A stretch of DNA of 64,000 bases from Eutreptiella sp. 'Long Island Sound 2002'. Lineage: Eukaryota; Protista; Euglenida. The position numbers were made by a program, and so were the translations under genes. The stretch covers positions 30,318,001 through 30,382,000 of the forward strand of contig OZ038378.1 of the NCBI GenBank assembly GCA_964036045.1. The letters run 5' to 3'. Every line of letters begins with the position of its first letter. Positions within the stretch are counted from its first letter, which is position 1. The notes beneath the pieces were generated by a model. It did no database searches. It was not told the DNA's origin and saw only the letters and a list, made by a program, of their open reading frames with translations. Shown in pieces: positions 60,798 to 64,000 of this stretch.

Positions 60798-61660
60798 TCA
60801 ATCAGAAGCCGACCCTGATGAGTCATCGGAATCAGAGCTTGAGCTATTGCTAGAATCAGAGCTGGAGTCATCGCTGGAATCAGAGGTGCCGTCCGAGGAG
60901 TCCGAGCTGCTGGAGGAGTTGGAACTAGAAGCAGAAGCGGAGGTAGCATCAGTGCAAGTCACAGAAGGAACATAATCTGCATCCGTACCACGTGATGGTG
61001 GTGCAGATACGTGGTCCTGCAAGCAATCAGGGCACAACCAGGGTCCATCAGGAATCTCAGACACATGCATACCTGCAGACAGCCTACGCTTCTGCAGCAA
61101 CATATTCTGTGCTGCGCTCACATCCCTGGCTGTAGCCAGATGAAAAAGTTCCACATCAGCAGTGTGCAAGAACGTGGCACTCACAATGGAATGCGCTGAA
61201 CGCACACCTGCTTCGCGCCAATTAAACGTTCTGCGCAAAAAACTGGTCCCAGTCATGTTACAGAGGATTGATTTCAGCACCCTCTTTGCTACAGCACTGG
61301 GAAATGCGCGCAGAAACTGATGCACGGGCAGAGCGCGCACCTTGGAGCGCACCACGCAACTCCCTGCTGTTCAGCAGCAACCTGTGAAACAGAAGTGAGG
61401 AGAGCAGCACGTGCCTCAGCTGTCTCAGGGGGTTGAAACCAGAAAACGGTTTGATTCCCCCCCCCAACGCACATGAAACGTTCTGCAACGTTCTTCAGGT
61501 GTAACGTCAGCCATTCACCCATGCGTGCTGATGAATTAAGGTGCCGGCTCTTTGGGGTTTTTTCTTTTCCCCTGTCTCCCAAGGCTGCCCCTGTTGGGAG
61601 GTGCATACACTTGAAAAAGAATGGTAAGTCAAGGCTACCGGTCCCCGGCCTCTAACAAAA
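60798..61660 (-). pseudogene. Candidate decayed tyrosine recombinase followed by a PHD-finger remnant and an Asp/Ser-rich tail
   Basis: LTILFQVYAPPNRG (~61630-61590), GTSFLRRTF and SATFLHTADV, then NMLL...GMH...EIPDGPWLCPDC (PHD second half). The first and last blocks are in the same frame with stops between them. Confidence 0.35.
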
Positions 61661-61789
61661 AAGGCCTACTATCCGCTCAACCATTAGCGGGGGTATCATG
61701 CCAGCCCACGGCACTCATTGTCGCCGGCAAATTTTCAAACAAACCTACAAAACTGCCCCTTGTTAAGGGGCCTGTTACGGACGTCCATT

Positions 61790-64000
61790 TCTCCAACCCC
61801 CCCCCCCCCTCCTTCGGCGCGCGTTCATGTCACCCCCCCCCGCAGAGCAATTTTCAGGTCGCCATGACGTACGAACCCCGGCCCTTGGGCGCCCCAGTCG
61901 CTCTAGGGTGGCCGATGTGGCCGTATCGGAAGCAATTGGCGACCCCTTGGCTTGTCGCCCTACAGCACTCGCACGAGGGTGCCCCATGACAGGGCACAAC
62001 CCGCCTGTGGACCCGTGCCCCTTGCCCAGCCCTCGCCTGCCACTAGCAACCACAGCCGCCCCCGGTGCTGGCGCCCGTTCCGCCTGGTCTCCCACGTCCC
62101 GCACATCGCGTGCCGGCGGGCACCGTGGTCCCCGCGGCGCCCGTTGATACGGCCAGAGCCCCCCCCCCCCCCCCCCGCGCCCGGCTGGGGATAGAACCCG
62201 CTGAGGAAATGCCGCCGGCGAGGCGTGAAGTGGCCGTTGTAGGCGCCGTTGAAACAAGGCGACACGGTGTGCGGCCAAGTGCTCCAGCTGCCGGGTCATT
62301 TGCCCCCGTGCCGCGAAGTAGGGAGAGCCCGCGATGCCTAGCTTGACTCTTACCCCTAGCGGAATGAGGGACTTGGAGTATGGGGCCTCGGCGGCCGGCA
62401 CTAGCTCCCCGGCCAGCATGTGAGGCTGAAGCGCCCGCACTGCCTACTGTAGTACGGCCGCACGCTCCTACAGTGGGAGCACCGCCATCTGCAGCAAGTG
62501 CTCAGGCCGCGCGGGCGGCGCTCTCCGCACCGTGAGCTCGAAATCCAAGGCGAGCTCGGCATACGTGACCTCACCCTCCGTCCACCGCAGGCACCTGGCC
62601 CATCGCAGGGCCGTAGGGCCGTAGGCATCGGCATACGCCCCACTACGTCCCCCCACGGGTAGGAGCGCCCCCTCCCTGGCTTGGGCGCGCCTGGGAAGAG
62701 CGGTCCCACTCTGGCCGCGTCAGGTTCCACCCGCTCGCAGCGCATGCGGAGGGCTAGCACCGCAAGCCCTAGGCCAAAACAAAGTCATCCACGGCCTCCA
62801 CCTCGACGCTGTCTATGCCCCAGCTAGGGGATAGGCACGCATTCCTCATGTAGGCCGGCCACTCGTGTAGGCGCCCCAGCGTTGGGAGGGCCGCAGACGT
62901 CAAGCGCACCCAGGGGAGCCACTCATTGCGCGCCGGCCACCGTTCCAGGCACCTGCCCAGGGCAGTAGGGGCAATCGAGCGATGGCCCCATCTATTGCCT
63001 GCCGCCATAAGGCCACGCAGGGTGGAGAGTTCAGTCTCGTCCTTGTACCGGTGGAGCCACGCCTTGCGAGCCCTGCGGTCAGGACCCGGCCAGTCCCCCG
63101 AAGGTGAGGGGACGCCTGGCCTCAAGCTGCAGAAGCGCGGCCCGCCTAAGGCTCTCCCGGACACGATGCCCCAAGAGCCCCGAGACCTCCGCCACCATGT
63201 CTAGGAGCTCATGCTGCCTAGGGACGGACCATCGCCACCAGCAGCCTTGTGGCGCCCACCCCGGGGCACGCGCCGCGCGCACAGCCCTCCTAGATGGCCA
63301 GATGGCCAGAGGAGGACTTGCGCCGCTCCTGGGACGGGCGCCACCCTCGCCAGCCAGACCAGCTTGTTGTACTTTGTTCGCATGACGGGCGAAGTCTGAT
63401 GGCCACGCGTCAAGAGGCAGTAGACCACCACCTTGGCCCTGCAAGGCCGCGTGGGGCCCCAGATGGCCCGCACCGTCCGGGTCTCTAGCTTGGCCAGGTC
63501 AACGTCAAAGACGTCGGCCAGCTCCACCCCGGGCAGCGCCACAACCATCCCTAGGGTCCTTGCCACAACCAACCTCCGGTGGTATGTGGCGAGTTGTGGT
63601 AGGCACGGAAGGACACTACCTCCCCTCTCCATCCAATGTCCACTAGGGGACGCGTTCCTCATTCGGGGTTCACCCGAACTCCGATGCAGAGGCGGCGGAA
63701 TTCATCCTCTATAGAGATGGGGGCGCCGAGCAGCCGCATGGGCCGCGCCTGCTCCCTGGCTCGGGCCCGTGTCGTAGATTTGCCCACGTTCACCTCCTGC
63801 CCTGTGAGCCTGAGCCACCGCTCGGTGACCGGGGCCAGGCGCTACAAGGCTTCTAGGGTGGGCGCTACCGCCTCAAGGTCATCCGCATAACCTCCCGCAG
63901 CAATTTTTGCCCTGCCGCGCCCTTGCGGGGCCAGGACTATGCCCCGGTGGCTAGCGTCATGCATGCGCTGCGGCGAAAGATCGGTGGTGGTCATCACCAC
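61790..64000 (-). mobile_element. Decayed GC-rich non-LTR retrotransposon (RT domains 5-7 and C-terminal region); 5' part lies beyond the window edge
   Basis: GGYADDLEAVAPTLEAL*RLAPVTERWLRLTGQEVNVGKS (YADD at 63878-63889), followed by ALPGVELADV...LETRTVRAIWGPTRPCRAK and LRGLMAAG...WPAYMRNACLSP. Confidence 0.85.

Noticed and set aside
60591-61854. TIRs flanking the YR/PHD remnant
   Set aside because: The ~38-bp inverted match is better explained as the 3' ends of two related LINE fragments in tail-to-tail orientation.

Overview
Repeat-dominated eukaryotic nuclear DNA, most likely from a euglenid. An exact 26-nt copy of the euglenid spliced-leader exon (ACTTTCTGAGTGTCTATTTTTTTTCG) sits at 6240-6265 on the minus strand, directly at the 5' end of a recently decayed LINE (ORF1 plus APE-RT-zinc finger-RNase H ORF2) that runs off the left edge of the window. 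The rest is a stack of nested mobile DNA. It holds several further non-LTR remnants, two copies of a ~2.3-kb fold-back DNA element with CTAG-rich subterminal arrays, a TIR element with a decayed Transib/RAG1-like DDE transposase, a hAT relic, a Mutator-like TIR element inserted into an 85-bp structured satellite, and a tRNA-derived sequence. It also holds a ~3.8-kb local duplication interrupted by a satellite array, a cluster of decayed intronless ORFs of unknown origin (about 40.8-50.3 kb), and a candidate tyrosine-recombinase/PHD remnant. Only one probable host exon was found (about 34.0-34.5 kb). All family assignments come from motifs read by eye; no database search was run.
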